The notes: generated by a model from the sequence alone, not told the origin. DNA of 64,000 bases from Alphaproteobacteria bacterium (GCA_009784235.1 WRCC01000002.1:89687-153686), one strand, 5' to 3'. Positions 17,825-28,741 are shown, counted from the stretch's first letter. Numbers and translations are program-made.

Positions 17825-19260
17825 CTCATACTGCGATAAGTTTTGCTGGAAATCGTATCGCCGAATATATCGCGTTGGGCATCAACCAATGTTTGATGCA
17901 AATCGCTGGAAATCACGCGCAAGACAAACGAATCATCGGCGCGGTCGGACAGTACCGGGATTATGCGACTGTCTGAAACGCCTGTATCGCGCAAGACTTG
18001 TTCAATGATGGCCAGGCGGCGTGCAGCCAATTTTCGTCCGTCATAACTGCGCGTGGCGCGTTCGGGAATGGATACTTGGATTGCACGTTTTGGATTTGCA
18101 ACAACAATCCCGGCATATTCGGAAAGCAGGTTGAAATTATCACGCGACAATGCCGAATCGTTTCCGCGGAATCCAATTTTTATTTCCAGTGGTCGTATGC
18201 CACCCGCTTCGGACAAATCGCGACGTGAATCAAATCCAGCCATTTGGATACTTAAATCGCTGGCCACATCAAATGGGTCATCGATGCGATACGTTGATAA
18301 ATGTTTGTTTTCAGAAATATAAGTTTTCTGGAATGCGCGTTTCAGCTGCATCGGCGACATTTGTGTCAACGGAACGTCTTCGCTGTGCGCATTGCGCGCG
18401 ACGCGCGTATCGGCGGCGCGAACAGCAACTGGTTCGTCGAAATAGTCGTCCGCGGGCACAACAACGCGGCGTACAAATACATCATCGTTGTTTGTTGCGC
18501 GTGCTTGGGGTTGCTGCGTTGCAACGCGTTGCGTGGGAACAAACCGATTTTCAATTGTGGATGCTTGGCGAACTGCGACACGTGGCGTTGGTTCTTCGAA
18601 TTCAATCACGCGCGCAGGCATCGGTTGTGCAACGCGTTCTGGGACAGGCGCAGGTGCGGGCGCAGCAGCGCGCAGCGGCACAGATGCAATTCCAGCGCCA
18701 CGGCTACCCGCGAATAATTCAGCATCATTGTTGCGACGTGCATTTTGCTGCATCCGGACGATTTGTGTATCCAGCGATTCTTCGGGCAATATAAAGTCAT
18801 CGCGCAACATTGCGAATTCATGTGATTCTGGCATGCGAAGCGGCGTGGGTGCGGCAACATTTGATGCGCGTGCGATTGTTGGTATCGCCGGTTCACTGGA
18901 CCGGGCCCAAATATTTCCATTTGGTCGGTTGGGCATCAAGATATCGCCGATCGCGGCCGGACGTGCGGCAACCTTTGGTGCCGAAGCAGCACGTTGTTCA
19001 GAAACAGGGGTTGGTTTCGCAATGGCAATCGGTTGCGCGGGTGCGGTTGCAACAGGTGCTTCGCCAAACAGCGCACGTGCGGAAACGGCATTTCCACTGT
19101 TCACAACTGGCAGACGGGCGTTCGCAAAAGCGCCGCCGAAACACGCGGAAATCAGCGCAAATATCGATATAGCGCGGGATGTATTACGCAAATTGACCCT
19201 TCCTTTGCCATAATGATAGAACAAATGGCAGAAGGCGGGCAAGGGAAAAGTGATGGTCAA
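17818..19260 (-). CDS. Pro/Ala-rich envelope protein with degenerate OmpA-like C-terminal domain
   Basis: Signal-like segment AISIFALISACFGGAFANA. Long low-complexity P/A/V/R-rich middle. C-terminal LEIKIGFRGNDSALSRDNFNLLSEYAGIV...RLAIIEQVL resembles a peptidoglycan-binding OmpA/MotB domain. Markedly GC-rich relative to the surroundings. Confidence 0.35.
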   Translation of the reverse strand: MTITFPLPAFCHLFYHYGKGRVNLRNTSRAISIFALISACFGGAFANARLPVVNSGNAVSARALFGEAPVATAPAQPIAIAKPTPVSEQRAASAPKVAARPAAIGDILMPNRPNGNIWARSSEPAIPTIARASNVAAPTPLRMPESHEFAMLRDDFILPEESLDTQIVRMQQNARRNNDAELFAGSRGAGIASVPLRAAAPAPAPVPERVAQPMPARVIEFEEPTPRVAVRQASTIENRFVPTQRVATQQPQARATNNDDVFVRRVVVPADDYFDEPVAVRAADTRVARNAHSEDVPLTQMSPMQLKRAFQKTYISENKHLSTYRIDDPFDVASDLSIQMAGFDSRRDLSEAGGIRPLEIKIGFRGNDSALSRDNFNLLSEYAGIVVANPKRAIQVSIPERATRSYDGRKLAARRLAIIEQVLRDTGVSDSRIIPVLSDRADDSFVLRVISSDLHQTLVDAQRDIFGDTISSKTYRSMSW

Positions 19261-21311
19261 ATAATCAAAAATTTGCGAGCGACTTTTTTAATACCCTTGT
19301 CCTTGAATGCAACAGTAACGATATCATCACCGGCGATATCAGCAATAACGACGCCAGTGCCCAGGTCTTCATGTCCGACCAATTGTCCAACCATTGTTGC
19401 TGGTCGTGATGCACGTGGTTTTATGATTTGTCGCGCGGCTGGCTCGTAATTTATTCGATGTGGCTCTTCCTTGAATTCTGGGTCAATTTCGCCGATGAAT
19501 TGCGATGGTATATTGTTTTGAAATTTGCCAAACACCATGCGTGATGTGGCGCGCGATATTGTGCAATGTTTTCGCGCACGTGTTATCGCAACGTATGCCA
19601 GACGTCGTTCTTCTTCGATATTTCCATCGTCAATTGCCATTTGGTTTGGAAATATCCCTTGTTCCCATGCGGGCAAGAAAACAGTATCGAATTCCAAGCC
19701 CTTGGCCGCGTGCATTGTCATAATTGATACGGCGTCCGCGGAATTATTTTGCTGGTCATCGTCGGTCATCATCAGTGCGGCATGTTCCAGAAATTCGTGC
19801 AAAGAATCATATTTGGCAATAACACCGGTGATTAATTCATTGATGTTTTGCAATCGGTCCGGCGCGTCCAGTTCCTTGGATTCGCGCCAAATATTCATGT
19901 ATTTCGAATTTTCCAATAATTGCGTTGCGGACGTTGCCGTGGGCATTCCGTTCCAATCGAAATCAAATGCAGATAAAAATTCGTCTGCGGCATTGCGCTG
20001 TTTGCCTGGCAATTTTGCATCGCGCAAGGCATCCATTAAATTTTTTCCAGTTGCGCGCAGGGCACCGATTGCTTTGTCGCCAAAGCCACGCCGCGGCTTT
20101 GAAATAATCCGCAAGAAAGATAAATCATCAAATGGATATACCAATAGACGAATATATGCAATCGCGTCGCGGATTTCCATTCGGTCATAGAATTTTGTTG
20201 CGCCAACCAATCGATATGGAATATGGCGCGCGGCCAATGCTTCTTCGATTTTTCGCGACAATGAACCCGCGCGAATAAGTATTGCGGTATTTTTGTAATT
20301 ATCTGGATTAATTGCGCTGGCGATTTCGCGTGATTCCGATAAATCCGAATCATACACGCGAATTTTTATTTTATCGCCTGCATTGGTGGATGGTGCGGGC
20401 CGTAAATCTTTGCCCAATCGGCCGCGATTATGCCGGATTAATGAATTCGCTGCGGCCAGTATATTGCCGGTCGAACGATAATTCGTCTCCAACCGGATAA
20501 TTTCTGCGCCCGGATATTCGGACGTAAAATTCAAAATATTTTTTATTTCTGCGCCGCGCCAAGAATAAATTGATTGGTCATCATCGCCGACGCAGCATAT
20601 ATTTCCATGTCCGCCCGCCAACATGCGGATTAATTGATATTGCGCGGCATTAGTATCTTGATATTCATCGACCATTACATATTTAAATTGATGTTGATAT
20701 TTTTCCAGGATTTCTGGATGTTGGGCGAATAATTCCAAAGTCTTTAAAATCAAATCGCCGAAGTCAACAGCGCCCAGCCGTGCCAGTTCGGCATTATATG
20801 CATCATAGATTTTTTTAATGTGCGCCGATGGATTGTGGCCAAGCCCTTTGTCTTTTATCGCGGAAATTTTATCAACCCAATCGGCCGGCGGATAATTTTT
20901 TATATCCAGGTTCAGATTGGTGATGACCGTTTTCAAAACTGCTTTCTGTTCATCTTCACCGAAAATCAAAAAATCATTGCGCAATCCGGCGGCCGCGGAA
21001 TTGTAACGCAGTATCCGCAAAGCAATTGAATGAAATGTTCCGGCAACGGTTGGCGGAACTTCAATACCGCGCGAACGAAGCCGTTCTTTCATTTCATTCG
21101 CGGCTTTATTTGTGAATGTTACAGCCAATACTTCCCACGGTTTTGCCAAGGCATTGTTTATTATGTATGCCGCGCGTTCAATCAAAACAGTTGTTTTTCC
21201 TGTCCCCGCGCCAGACAAGACCAAAACCGCGCCGTCGGTTGTTTGCACAGCGCGCGTTTGTTCATCATTCAATTTTCCTGGCAATATATTCACAGTGTTG
21301 TTATGATACAC
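19257..21311 (-). CDS. uvrD: ATP-dependent DNA helicase UvrD/PcrA
   Basis: LNDEQTRAV...VLVLSGAGTGKTTVL Walker A. UvrD helicase motifs throughout. Confidence 0.9.
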   Translation of the reverse strand: MYHNNTVNILPGKLNDEQTRAVQTTDGAVLVLSGAGTGKTTVLIERAAYIINNALAKPWEVLAVTFTNKAANEMKERLRSRGIEVPPTVAGTFHSIALRILRYNSAAAGLRNDFLIFGEDEQKAVLKTVITNLNLDIKNYPPADWVDKISAIKDKGLGHNPSAHIKKIYDAYNAELARLGAVDFGDLILKTLELFAQHPEILEKYQHQFKYVMVDEYQDTNAAQYQLIRMLAGGHGNICCVGDDDQSIYSWRGAEIKNILNFTSEYPGAEIIRLETNYRSTGNILAAANSLIRHNRGRLGKDLRPAPSTNAGDKIKIRVYDSDLSESREIASAINPDNYKNTAILIRAGSLSRKIEEALAARHIPYRLVGATKFYDRMEIRDAIAYIRLLVYPFDDLSFLRIISKPRRGFGDKAIGALRATGKNLMDALRDAKLPGKQRNAADEFLSAFDFDWNGMPTATSATQLLENSKYMNIWRESKELDAPDRLQNINELITGVIAKYDSLHEFLEHAALMMTDDDQQNNSADAVSIMTMHAAKGLEFDTVFLPAWEQGIFPNQMAIDDGNIEEERRLAYVAITRARKHCTISRATSRMVFGKFQNNIPSQFIGEIDPEFKEEPHRINYEPAARQIIKPRASRPATMVGQLVGHEDLGTGVVIADIAGDDIVTVAFKDKGIKKVARKFLII

Positions 21312-21325
21312 AAAATGGATTGGAA

Positions 21326-22021
21326 ATGAACAGAATAATTTGCTTTGACACTGAAACCACTGGATTTAATTATTCGGGCGGCGACCGTGTAATTGAAATT
21401 GGCGCGGTTGAAATTCTGGACGGAAAAATCACTGGCAATAATTTTCATGCATATATTAACCCCGAAGGCAAAATGATTCCGCCCGATGCCTATATGGTGC
21501 ATAAATTGTCGAATGAATTCCTGGGTGACAAGCCAACAATGCGCGAAACCGCACCAAAATTATTGGATTTTATCGGCGAATCGATGGTTGTTGCGCATAA
21601 TGGATTTGATTTTGACTTTCCTTTTATTAATCATGAATTGTCCAAATTAGGGTTACCGACAATTCCGCGAAATCGGCAAGACGATACGATTGTAATCGCG
21701 CGAAACCGCGTGTTTGGGCCCAAAGAATTTTCGCTGGACGCATTGGCCAAATGGTTTGGAATATCGACCGCCGCACGTGCCGAAGCCCATGGTGCATTAA
21801 TCGATGCAGAAATTTTGGCGCGACTTTATTTAGAGCTGGCCACTGTCGCACCATCTGAATCAATTGAAGACATAATTGAAAAACATGCGGCGGCATGCGC
21901 CATGCATCCAAAAATCGGTGCTGATTTTCCGCGGCGTAATTTCATACCGACGGATACGGAACTGGAAGTGCACGATGATTTTGTAAAGAATAATATTAAA
22001 GATTCAATTTGGTTAAATTAA
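21326..22021 (+). CDS. dnaQ: DNA polymerase III epsilon subunit (3'-5' exonuclease)
   Basis: Exo I motif IICFDTETTGFN. Exo II VVAHNGFDFDFPFI. Exo III HGALIDAEILARLY. Confidence 0.85.
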   Translation: MNRIICFDTETTGFNYSGGDRVIEIGAVEILDGKITGNNFHAYINPEGKMIPPDAYMVHKLSNEFLGDKPTMRETAPKLLDFIGESMVVAHNGFDFDFPFINHELSKLGLPTIPRNRQDDTIVIARNRVFGPKEFSLDALAKWFGISTAARAEAHGALIDAEILARLYLELATVAPSESIEDIIEKHAAACAMHPKIGADFPRRNFIPTDTELEVHDDFVKNNIKDSIWLN

Positions 22022-22026
22022 AACTC

Positions 22027-22070
22027 AGTTGTCATTGCTTCGCGTTCGCTCGCAATGACAACTCTTTTTA
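22027..22070. repeat. Palindromic element family P-D (short copy), also a dnaQ terminator
   Basis: AGTTGTCATTGCTTCGCGTTCGCTCGCAATGACAACT followed by a T run. Shares the TGTCATTGC...GCAATGACA arms with 40243..40393 and 48353..48445. Confidence 0.7.
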
Positions 22071-22090
22071 TGACGAGGATAATATCAGAT

Positions 22091-22112
22091 AAAACGCCCC
22101 GAAGGGCGTTTT
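22091..22112. terminator. Terminator downstream of rpmA
   Basis: AAAACGCCCCGAAGGGCGTTTT. Confidence 0.7.
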
Positions 22113-22117
22113 ATTTC

Positions 22118-22372
22118 TTATTCTGCGGTGACGTGGACCGTTTTACGATTACCCATGCTGCGCTTGAATGCGACCATGCCATCGATTTTAGAGAAAATCG
22201 TGTGGTCTTTACCAATGCCGCAATTTGCACCCGGATGGATTTTTGTTCCGCGTTGACGGACAATGATATTCCCAGCGATGACCCGTTGGCCGCCGCCTTT
22301 TTTAACGCCAAGACGGCGTCCGGCCGAATCGCGTCCGTTGGTTGTTGAACCGCCACCCTTCTTTGTTGCCAT
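22118..22372 (-). CDS. rpmA: 50S ribosomal protein L27
   Basis: [24 protein letters not shown]...[16 protein letters not shown]. Confidence 0.92.
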   Translation of the reverse strand: MATKKGGGSTTNGRDSAGRRLGVKKGGGQRVIAGNIIVRQRGTKIHPGANCGIGKDHTIFSKIDGMVAFKRSMGNRKTVHVTAE

Positions 22373-22375
22373 GAC

Positions 22376-22675
22376 TTACCCCTTTATTTCCGTAATTTTA
22401 ACGACCGTCAATTGCTGGCGGTGACCTTTGGTCCGTCTGTAATTATGACGGCGTTTTTTCTTGAATACAATGATTTTGTCGGCGCGTGTCTGTTCGACGA
22501 TTTCGGCCAATACTTTGGCGCCCGTAACCGTCGGATTGCCGATTTTATCGCCAACCATCAAGACATGGTCGAATTCAACCTTGCCTTCACCTTTGATTTT
22601 TTCCAGTTTCAAAATATCGCCAGCCTTGGCCCGATATTGTTTTCCACCGGATTGAAATATTGCATAATCTGCCAT
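22376..22675 (-). CDS. rplU: 50S ribosomal protein L21
   Basis: MADYAIFQSGGKQYRAKAGDILKLEKI... Confidence 0.92.
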   Translation of the reverse strand: MADYAIFQSGGKQYRAKAGDILKLEKIKGEGKVEFDHVLMVGDKIGNPTVTGAKVLAEIVEQTRADKIIVFKKKRRHNYRRTKGHRQQLTVVKITEIKG

Positions 22676-22805
22676 GTTTTACCCCTGTTTGTAAAAAACT
22701 TTATGCAATAATGGCATTTTTCAACCAAAAGTCAAGAAAAATTACAACTGATTCACAATATTGTTTTATTTGCAATATGGATTCCTGCGTTTTATACTTG
22801 CCCGG

Positions 22806-23885
22806 ATGGGAATTCTTAACAAATATTTCACAAAACAATTGGCGGCGTTTTTTATAATGCTGATGCTGGTATTGGCGGGATTGGCTTGGATGATGCAGAT
22901 TTTGACCATGCTGAAATTCTTGGTCCAATACGGTATTGATTTATGGGGATTTCTGGGCCTGACCATTTTAATGATTCCGTTCATCATATCCATCATTATG
23001 CCGTTTGTAATATTTATTGCGGTTTTGTTTATTTATAACAAGTTTATCGCAGACCGTGAAATTACCACAATGGCGGCCAGTGGCATATCGCCATTTCGTA
23101 TTGCAATGCCGGCAATCAAGTTGGCCGCGGTTATGACCGCAATACATTTGGCGCTGAATATTTGGATTGTGCCGGCGACCCAAGTAAAGTTTTATGATAC
23201 CCAATGGGAAATGCGATATGGATTGGCGCACTTGAAATTACAAGAAGCCACGTTCACACAAATGGCACCGGGTTTGGTTGTATTTGTTGAAAATGTTGCC
23301 GGACATGATTTGTCGAATTTAATGCTTTATGATAATCGTGGCGCGCGCGGCCAGATGGTTATTACGGCCGAAAAAGGCAAATTGGTGAATACTATCCGCG
23401 GTCTTTCGATTGTGATGAGTGGCGGCAGTATTCAGTACAGAGATGATAATTTCACCGTCGGAACATTTGATACATTTGATATGGATATGAATATGGCCGA
23501 CCGCGGCCAGAACAATGCGTTCCGCGTGCGTCGGGTATCAACCGGTGATTTAATCAGTTTGGCCGCGCACCCAAAAGGTTTATCGCCGCGCGAATTAAAA
23601 TCGATTATGGCCGAAGTTACGGCACGGTTCTTGGGTCCATTGATGAACATAATTTTGGTGCTTATTTGTATGGTTTTCATGTTAAAAACGTCACTGCTGC
23701 GCCGGGCCAGTTTTAATATGGCTGCACCGATGGCCGTGGGTGCAATGGCGGTGGCACAAACCGGATTTATGGCGATGTCGGATGCCGTTTTGGCGGTGCC
23801 GCATATATTAACACTGGGGGCCGCACAGATTATTGCAATCATAATGCTGTTTTACATATTGAAAAGTGACAGATTCCAATCATGA
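22806..23885 (+). CDS. LPS export ABC permease LptF/LptG family
   Basis: YjgP/YjgQ-type six-TM permease (KYFTKQLAAFFIMLMLVLAGLAWMMQ...). ATGA overlap with lptD. Confidence 0.75.
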   Translation: MGILNKYFTKQLAAFFIMLMLVLAGLAWMMQILTMLKFLVQYGIDLWGFLGLTILMIPFIISIIMPFVIFIAVLFIYNKFIADREITTMAASGISPFRIAMPAIKLAAVMTAIHLALNIWIVPATQVKFYDTQWEMRYGLAHLKLQEATFTQMAPGLVVFVENVAGHDLSNLMLYDNRGARGQMVITAEKGKLVNTIRGLSIVMSGGSIQYRDDNFTVGTFDTFDMDMNMADRGQNNAFRVRRVSTGDLISLAAHPKGLSPRELKSIMAEVTARFLGPLMNIILVLICMVFMLKTSLLRRASFNMAAPMAVGAMAVAQTGFMAMSDAVLAVPHILTLGAAQIIAIIMLFYILKSDRFQS

Positions 23886-25912
23886 AAAAATTAATCTATG
23901 CCTTATGCATTACGCCTTATGCCTTGGCTGCGCAAGCAGGCCTTATCGATATGAATGTGCCCAAAACAATTGTTGCAGAAAAAGTCGAATATGACGTACG
24001 TACACGGTCGGTTCAAACAAAGGGCGATACAACTGTATCAAATGAAACGGGCCAGCGTATGACATTGCGTGACGCATATATGGATGAAACCGGATTGCGC
24101 GCTGGCGGCGGAAATTTGGATTTAATACTGGGCTATCGCACGCGTGTGACGGCGCGGACTTTGCACAAAGATGCGCATATCACGACCGCCGAAGATGCGA
24201 CATATACCGCGTGTTATGCATGTGATGTCGATGTTAATGCCTGGGAAATATCCGCATCAGAATTCCGGCATGATAACGAGGCGCATTTGATGCATTTTGA
24301 TAATCCAGTATTTTGGGCGTATGGATTGCCGATATTTTGGGCGCCGTATTTGTCATATCCAGACCCGACGATTAAGCGCAAAAGTGGCTTGCTGATGCCG
24401 TATATGAACACAACAAATCAAATGGGAACCCAGTTTAATTTTCCGCTGTATTTGGCATTTTCGGATTATCATGACGCAACGTTGACGTCATCTTATCTGA
24501 CGGCTGAAAATCCATTATTTCAATTGGAACATCGATTGAATTATGACCGGTCGTCGTTCCGTACAACCGGGTCTTTTACCAAGAACAGGGAAGGGGACGA
24601 GCGATGGCATATATTCAACAAAGACCTGATTGAAATGGGCGACAATGTTCGCGCAAATGTTTTTGTTGAACGTACATCGGATAAATTATACCTGCAAAAA
24701 TATGGATTTTATGATTCGCGGCCGTATTTGGATTCCGGTGCGCGTGTCGAAGTATTTGGCGAATCCGCGTACGTTGTGGCCGACGCACACATATTCCAAG
24801 AACTTCGTTCAACGCCGTACAGCAATGTTTCAAATCCGTCCGGCGATATTTTGCCGAATATTCGCGGAACATTGCAATCAGACCCATTTTGGATGGATAC
24901 TTATTTTACATTAACCGGCGATATTATTGGAATCAGCAATATGGATAACAATGCCGCGGCACAGCGTATGCTGGGTATTGCGCGGGTCACATCGCCATGG
25001 ACGATATGGCTTGGTCAAAAATTAACATTGTCCGCGTCTGTTCGATATGACGTTTATCATTTTATGAATACAGATATGTTGGATGGTACGACAGACTTTA
25101 CGGGCGTGCGTGCACGGTTTTTGCCATCTGGTTATGCCGATTGGTCGTGGCCGTTTATGAAATCTGGCGATGATTGGATTCATGTCGTGGAACCACGTGT
25201 GCGTGTTACGGTAAAAAATACACTCGATTCGCCGGCGTTTGCGAATATCGATTCGTCGGGTTCGTTATTATCCGATGCAACTTTGTTTGCGGATAATCGT
25301 TTGTCCGGTTATGACTTGTGGGAAAACGGCAGCTATATAGATTACGGTATGGGATGGACGGCTTATTCAAATGATGCGATAACGCTGTCTGCGTTCGCCG
25401 GCCAATCGTATGATTTCGCACCGCCAATTGATTTGGACCCGAATTCCGGATTCCATGATGGCGCATCTGATTATGTTGGACGGTTGTCAGCGGATTATCG
25501 CGGATTGCTTTCTGTAAATAACCGGTTCCGATTCGCACAACGAGATTTGACATTGCGTCACCTTGAATCAGTCGGTAAAATCGGTGGACGCAATTATGTC
25601 GAAGTTGGGTACATCCGCGCGACACAATTATTGGACGCGGTTACAATTGATAAAGTTAATAACGAAATTGTCGGCGGGTTCGGCATTGGATTTACCGAAC
25701 GGTTGTCATTACAGGCACGCACGATATACAACGTGACCGATAATCGTATTCAACAGCAAAGTGCCAGCTTGTATTACGACCATCCGTGTTATATAGTCCA
25801 GCTGGGCTATTCCAAAGACGGCGCGGTTCGGTATAATGTTGATGGTTCAAACTATGTTGGCCGTACGACATTCCATCTGCGGTTTGCTTTGAAGATTACA
25901 GAAACTAAATAG
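23882..25912 (+). CDS. lptD: LPS assembly outer-membrane protein LptD
   Basis: Signal peptide. OstA N-terminal domain. Large beta-barrel C-terminal domain (OstA_C-like). Gene order lptF-lptD-surA. Confidence 0.8.
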   Translation: MKKLIYALCITPYALAAQAGLIDMNVPKTIVAEKVEYDVRTRSVQTKGDTTVSNETGQRMTLRDAYMDETGLRAGGGNLDLILGYRTRVTARTLHKDAHITTAEDATYTACYACDVDVNAWEISASEFRHDNEAHLMHFDNPVFWAYGLPIFWAPYLSYPDPTIKRKSGLLMPYMNTTNQMGTQFNFPLYLAFSDYHDATLTSSYLTAENPLFQLEHRLNYDRSSFRTTGSFTKNREGDERWHIFNKDLIEMGDNVRANVFVERTSDKLYLQKYGFYDSRPYLDSGARVEVFGESAYVVADAHIFQELRSTPYSNVSNPSGDILPNIRGTLQSDPFWMDTYFTLTGDIIGISNMDNNAAAQRMLGIARVTSPWTIWLGQKLTLSASVRYDVYHFMNTDMLDGTTDFTGVRARFLPSGYADWSWPFMKSGDDWIHVVEPRVRVTVKNTLDSPAFANIDSSGSLLSDATLFADNRLSGYDLWENGSYIDYGMGWTAYSNDAITLSAFAGQSYDFAPPIDLDPNSGFHDGASDYVGRLSADYRGLLSVNNRFRFAQRDLTLRHLESVGKIGGRNYVEVGYIRATQLLDAVTIDKVNNEIVGGFGIGFTERLSLQARTIYNVTDNRIQQQSASLYYDHPCYIVQLGYSKDGAVRYNVDGSNYVGRTTFHLRFALKITETK

Positions 25913-25921
25913 GAAACGGGC

Positions 25922-26755
25922 ATGAAGAAATTATTGTGGACTTTTTACTTTTTACTTTTTGCTGTGCCTGCAAATGCAGGTACAGTTGTTGCATCCATAA
26001 ACGGTACGCCGATTACGGATACGGATGTGACCGCGCGCACGCGACTGATGTCTTTCCAAGGGCAATCCGGAACGGATAATCGCCGCCGCGCGCTATCGAA
26101 TATTATCGATGACCATATTAAATTGGCATACGCGGAAAGCATGCGCATTGTCCCAGCGGACAGCGATGTAAAAACTGAATTCGAAGGCATTCAGCGCAGC
26201 GGGTTTGACGCATCAAAATTGACGGCCAGTGATACTGCAATGCTGACCACCGCTGTGCGTGCTAATATCGCGTGGCAAATGGTAATTGGTCGCACAATTA
26301 TGCCAACCATTGATGTTACCGATGAAGACATTGCGACCGAACGCCGTGAATTGGCCCGTGAACGCGGATTGCCGATTGAAATGACATTTATTCGCCTGGT
26401 TGATATACCAACGGATGTTGCATCGCGTCTGACGCGCCCATCATCTTGTGACGGCGCGATGGATATGGCGCGTGATTTGGGTGGCTGGCCACAGCGTATG
26501 ACTGTGCTGCAATACGAATTGTCTGCGGATGTGCGCACCGTTTTGGTTGATTTGGCGCCGATGACTTGGTCGCGCCGGATTGATGGCAATGTATTCTTGG
26601 TATGCAGCACAAAAAGAACCAAAGAATGGGGACAATTGGACGACATTATAAAACAAAACGCGATGTTTCGCCGTGCATCATTCCAAGCAGACCAGCAATT
26701 AAAACAATTGCGCCGCCGCGCAGTAATAGTAATCACTGATGACAGATATAAATAA
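25922..26755 (+). CDS. SurA N-terminal-domain chaperone-like protein (no obvious PPIase domain)
   Basis: Signal peptide. SurA_N-like region (INGTPITDTDV...). Short at 277 aa. Position downstream of lptD. Confidence 0.55.
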   Translation: MKKLLWTFYFLLFAVPANAGTVVASINGTPITDTDVTARTRLMSFQGQSGTDNRRRALSNIIDDHIKLAYAESMRIVPADSDVKTEFEGIQRSGFDASKLTASDTAMLTTAVRANIAWQMVIGRTIMPTIDVTDEDIATERRELARERGLPIEMTFIRLVDIPTDVASRLTRPSSCDGAMDMARDLGGWPQRMTVLQYELSADVRTVLVDLAPMTWSRRIDGNVFLVCSTKRTKEWGQLDDIIKQNAMFRRASFQADQQLKQLRRRAVIVITDDRYK

Positions 26756-27800
26756 ACCAATTTTATTCAATATGTCGGCGGGCGAACTGGAACAGTTTGT
26801 TGTCGGATTGGCCCAGCCTAAATTCCGCGCAAAACAAATCGCGGAATGGCTGGGCCGTGGTGCACCGGATTTTTCAGTTATGAAAAATCTGCCGGAAAAT
26901 TTGCGAAAAGATTTGGATGCAGCCGCGCGTACAATGCCCGTCGAAATTGTTAAAAAACTGGAATCATCAGACGGCGCGACAACAAAGTTTTTATTAAAAC
27001 TGAATGATAATGAACAAATTGAAACTGTTCTGATGCGGACGACGTATGGTAACAGCGTATGTGTATCGTCCCAGGCCGGATGTGCAATGGGGTGCAAATT
27101 CTGTGCATCAACATTGCTGGGCCTGCGTCGAAATTTAACAATGAATGAAATGATTGCCCAGGTTTTGGTTGCACAATGGGTGTTGCGTACAAATCACGAC
27201 ATTAAACCAAACGGCGACGCAAATAATAACGATGTATCGCATATTGTCGTTATGGGTACAGGCGAACCATTGCAGAATATGGAAAATCTGAAAGGGTTTT
27301 TGGAATACGCGAATTCAAAACTGGGTATTTCTTGGCGGCGGATGACAATATCAACATGTGGCATTGTGCCAGGTATCAATGAATTGACACAGTGGGGTCG
27401 GCCGGTAAACCTGGCTATTTCATTGCACGCACCAAATGATGAATTGCGCACCAAATTAATGCCAATTAATAACAAATATAAAATTAGTGATGTTATGGAT
27501 GCGGCATACGCACACGCAGACAAAACCGGTCGCCAATTGATGATTGAATATATATTATTGGCCAGCGTAAATGATTCCCAAGAAATCGCCGAAGAATTGT
27601 CCGCTCTGCTGGCTGGAAAGAATGTTATGGTGAATATAATTCCATGGAATGCGGTAACCGAACGCGAATTCAGCGCACCGTCGGGCAATGCAGTTCACCG
27701 GTTCCAAGATATTTTAATCAAAAATAAAATTCACACGCGGATTCGCCGTGAACGTGGTGCTGATATCGGTTCGGCTTGCGGCCAGTTGCGTATTAAATAA
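26739..27800 (+). CDS. rlmN: 23S rRNA m2A2503 / tRNA m2A37 methyltransferase RlmN (radical SAM)
   Basis: CVSSQAGCAMGCKFCAS radical-SAM cluster motif. RlmN-specific flanks. Confidence 0.85.
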   Translation: MTDINKPILFNMSAGELEQFVVGLAQPKFRAKQIAEWLGRGAPDFSVMKNLPENLRKDLDAAARTMPVEIVKKLESSDGATTKFLLKLNDNEQIETVLMRTTYGNSVCVSSQAGCAMGCKFCASTLLGLRRNLTMNEMIAQVLVAQWVLRTNHDIKPNGDANNNDVSHIVVMGTGEPLQNMENLKGFLEYANSKLGISWRRMTISTCGIVPGINELTQWGRPVNLAISLHAPNDELRTKLMPINNKYKISDVMDAAYAHADKTGRQLMIEYILLASVNDSQEIAEELSALLAGKNVMVNIIPWNAVTEREFSAPSGNAVHRFQDILIKNKIHTRIRRERGADIGSACGQLRIK

Positions 27801-28646
27801 TTATTTATAAACCATCAATCGATAAGTTTTGCCAATATGGAATAAAATACGTCTGAAAAATCCACCACGATGGCGCAGATGTAACGGTGCACGCTTTAAT
27901 ATGGTCAAATCTAAATCGGGATAGCCTAATTCAACCAAATGTTTGCGCAATTGTTCGCCCGTATATGTTTTTCCGCGTTTCCACATCCGGTTCGAAACAT
28001 TTTTACCGTTGATTATTTGTAATCCGCCGCCGCCGGGTAACAATATCATCGGATGTTCATATCGTACGCGAGTATGAATTTCACGCACCCCCAATGTTAA
28101 AATATTCCGATAATCATTTTTGGTCGTCACGTAAGCCAGACCCATCGAATTCGCAATAAAATCAAACGGTGTTGTCATATATTTATCCGGACCGATTCGT
28201 TGGGCAACAGTGATTTTTGGTATACTGATTGCAAAACCGGCGAATTCCGGCCGCAAAAACCGGCGCAAATTCGCAACGAAATCAACCGGCAGTGCGTCAT
28301 CATTATCAATCCGGAAATTTATTGTGACGCCATTTTCGAACGTGACATCGTTCGGCGACGGCCGCGCATATTTTTCATCACCATCTTTTATCCATACATT
28401 ATGCAAAAATGGGAATTCGCGCGCCAAATCGTTCATAATGTCTTTGAAGTTCTGTGGCGCATCATCGGAATGATATAAAAATACATTAAAGTCTTTATCT
28501 GTTTGCGCCAAGAATGATTTCAAAGTAATTTCACGGAACAGTTTCAACCGATAATTCATAAAATCAGGCGCGAATATATTCTGGCGGTCCGCGAACGGAT
28601 GCTTCATTGAATATTGAATAACGCAATTGATTGTGGTTTTTGTCAT
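27801..28646 (-). CDS. Glycosyltransferase-like protein (GT2-like, putative rhamnosyltransferase family)
   Basis: NFRIDNDDALPVDF DXD-like motif. Overall GT-A-like pattern. Family assignment from memory only. Confidence 0.3.
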   Translation of the reverse strand: MTKTTINCVIQYSMKHPFADRQNIFAPDFMNYRLKLFREITLKSFLAQTDKDFNVFLYHSDDAPQNFKDIMNDLAREFPFLHNVWIKDGDEKYARPSPNDVTFENGVTINFRIDNDDALPVDFVANLRRFLRPEFAGFAISIPKITVAQRIGPDKYMTTPFDFIANSMGLAYVTTKNDYRNILTLGVREIHTRVRYEHPMILLPGGGGLQIINGKNVSNRMWKRGKTYTGEQLRKHLVELGYPDLDLTILKRAPLHLRHRGGFFRRILFHIGKTYRLMVYK

Positions 28647-28741
28647 GGCGCGATTATAAATGATTGTTCGACAAAAATCAAACACGCATTGCGGTCTTTT
28701 ATCCTATGGCGCACCCGTTTTTATCAGGTTAAAATCGCGGC

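Noticed and set aside
18150-19213. Several long plus-strand ORFs (214, 241, 138 aa) in the GC-rich region
   Set aside because: High GC suppresses stops in all frames. They overlap the minus-strand Pro/Ala-rich gene and have Arg/Ala/Gly-rich nonsense composition.
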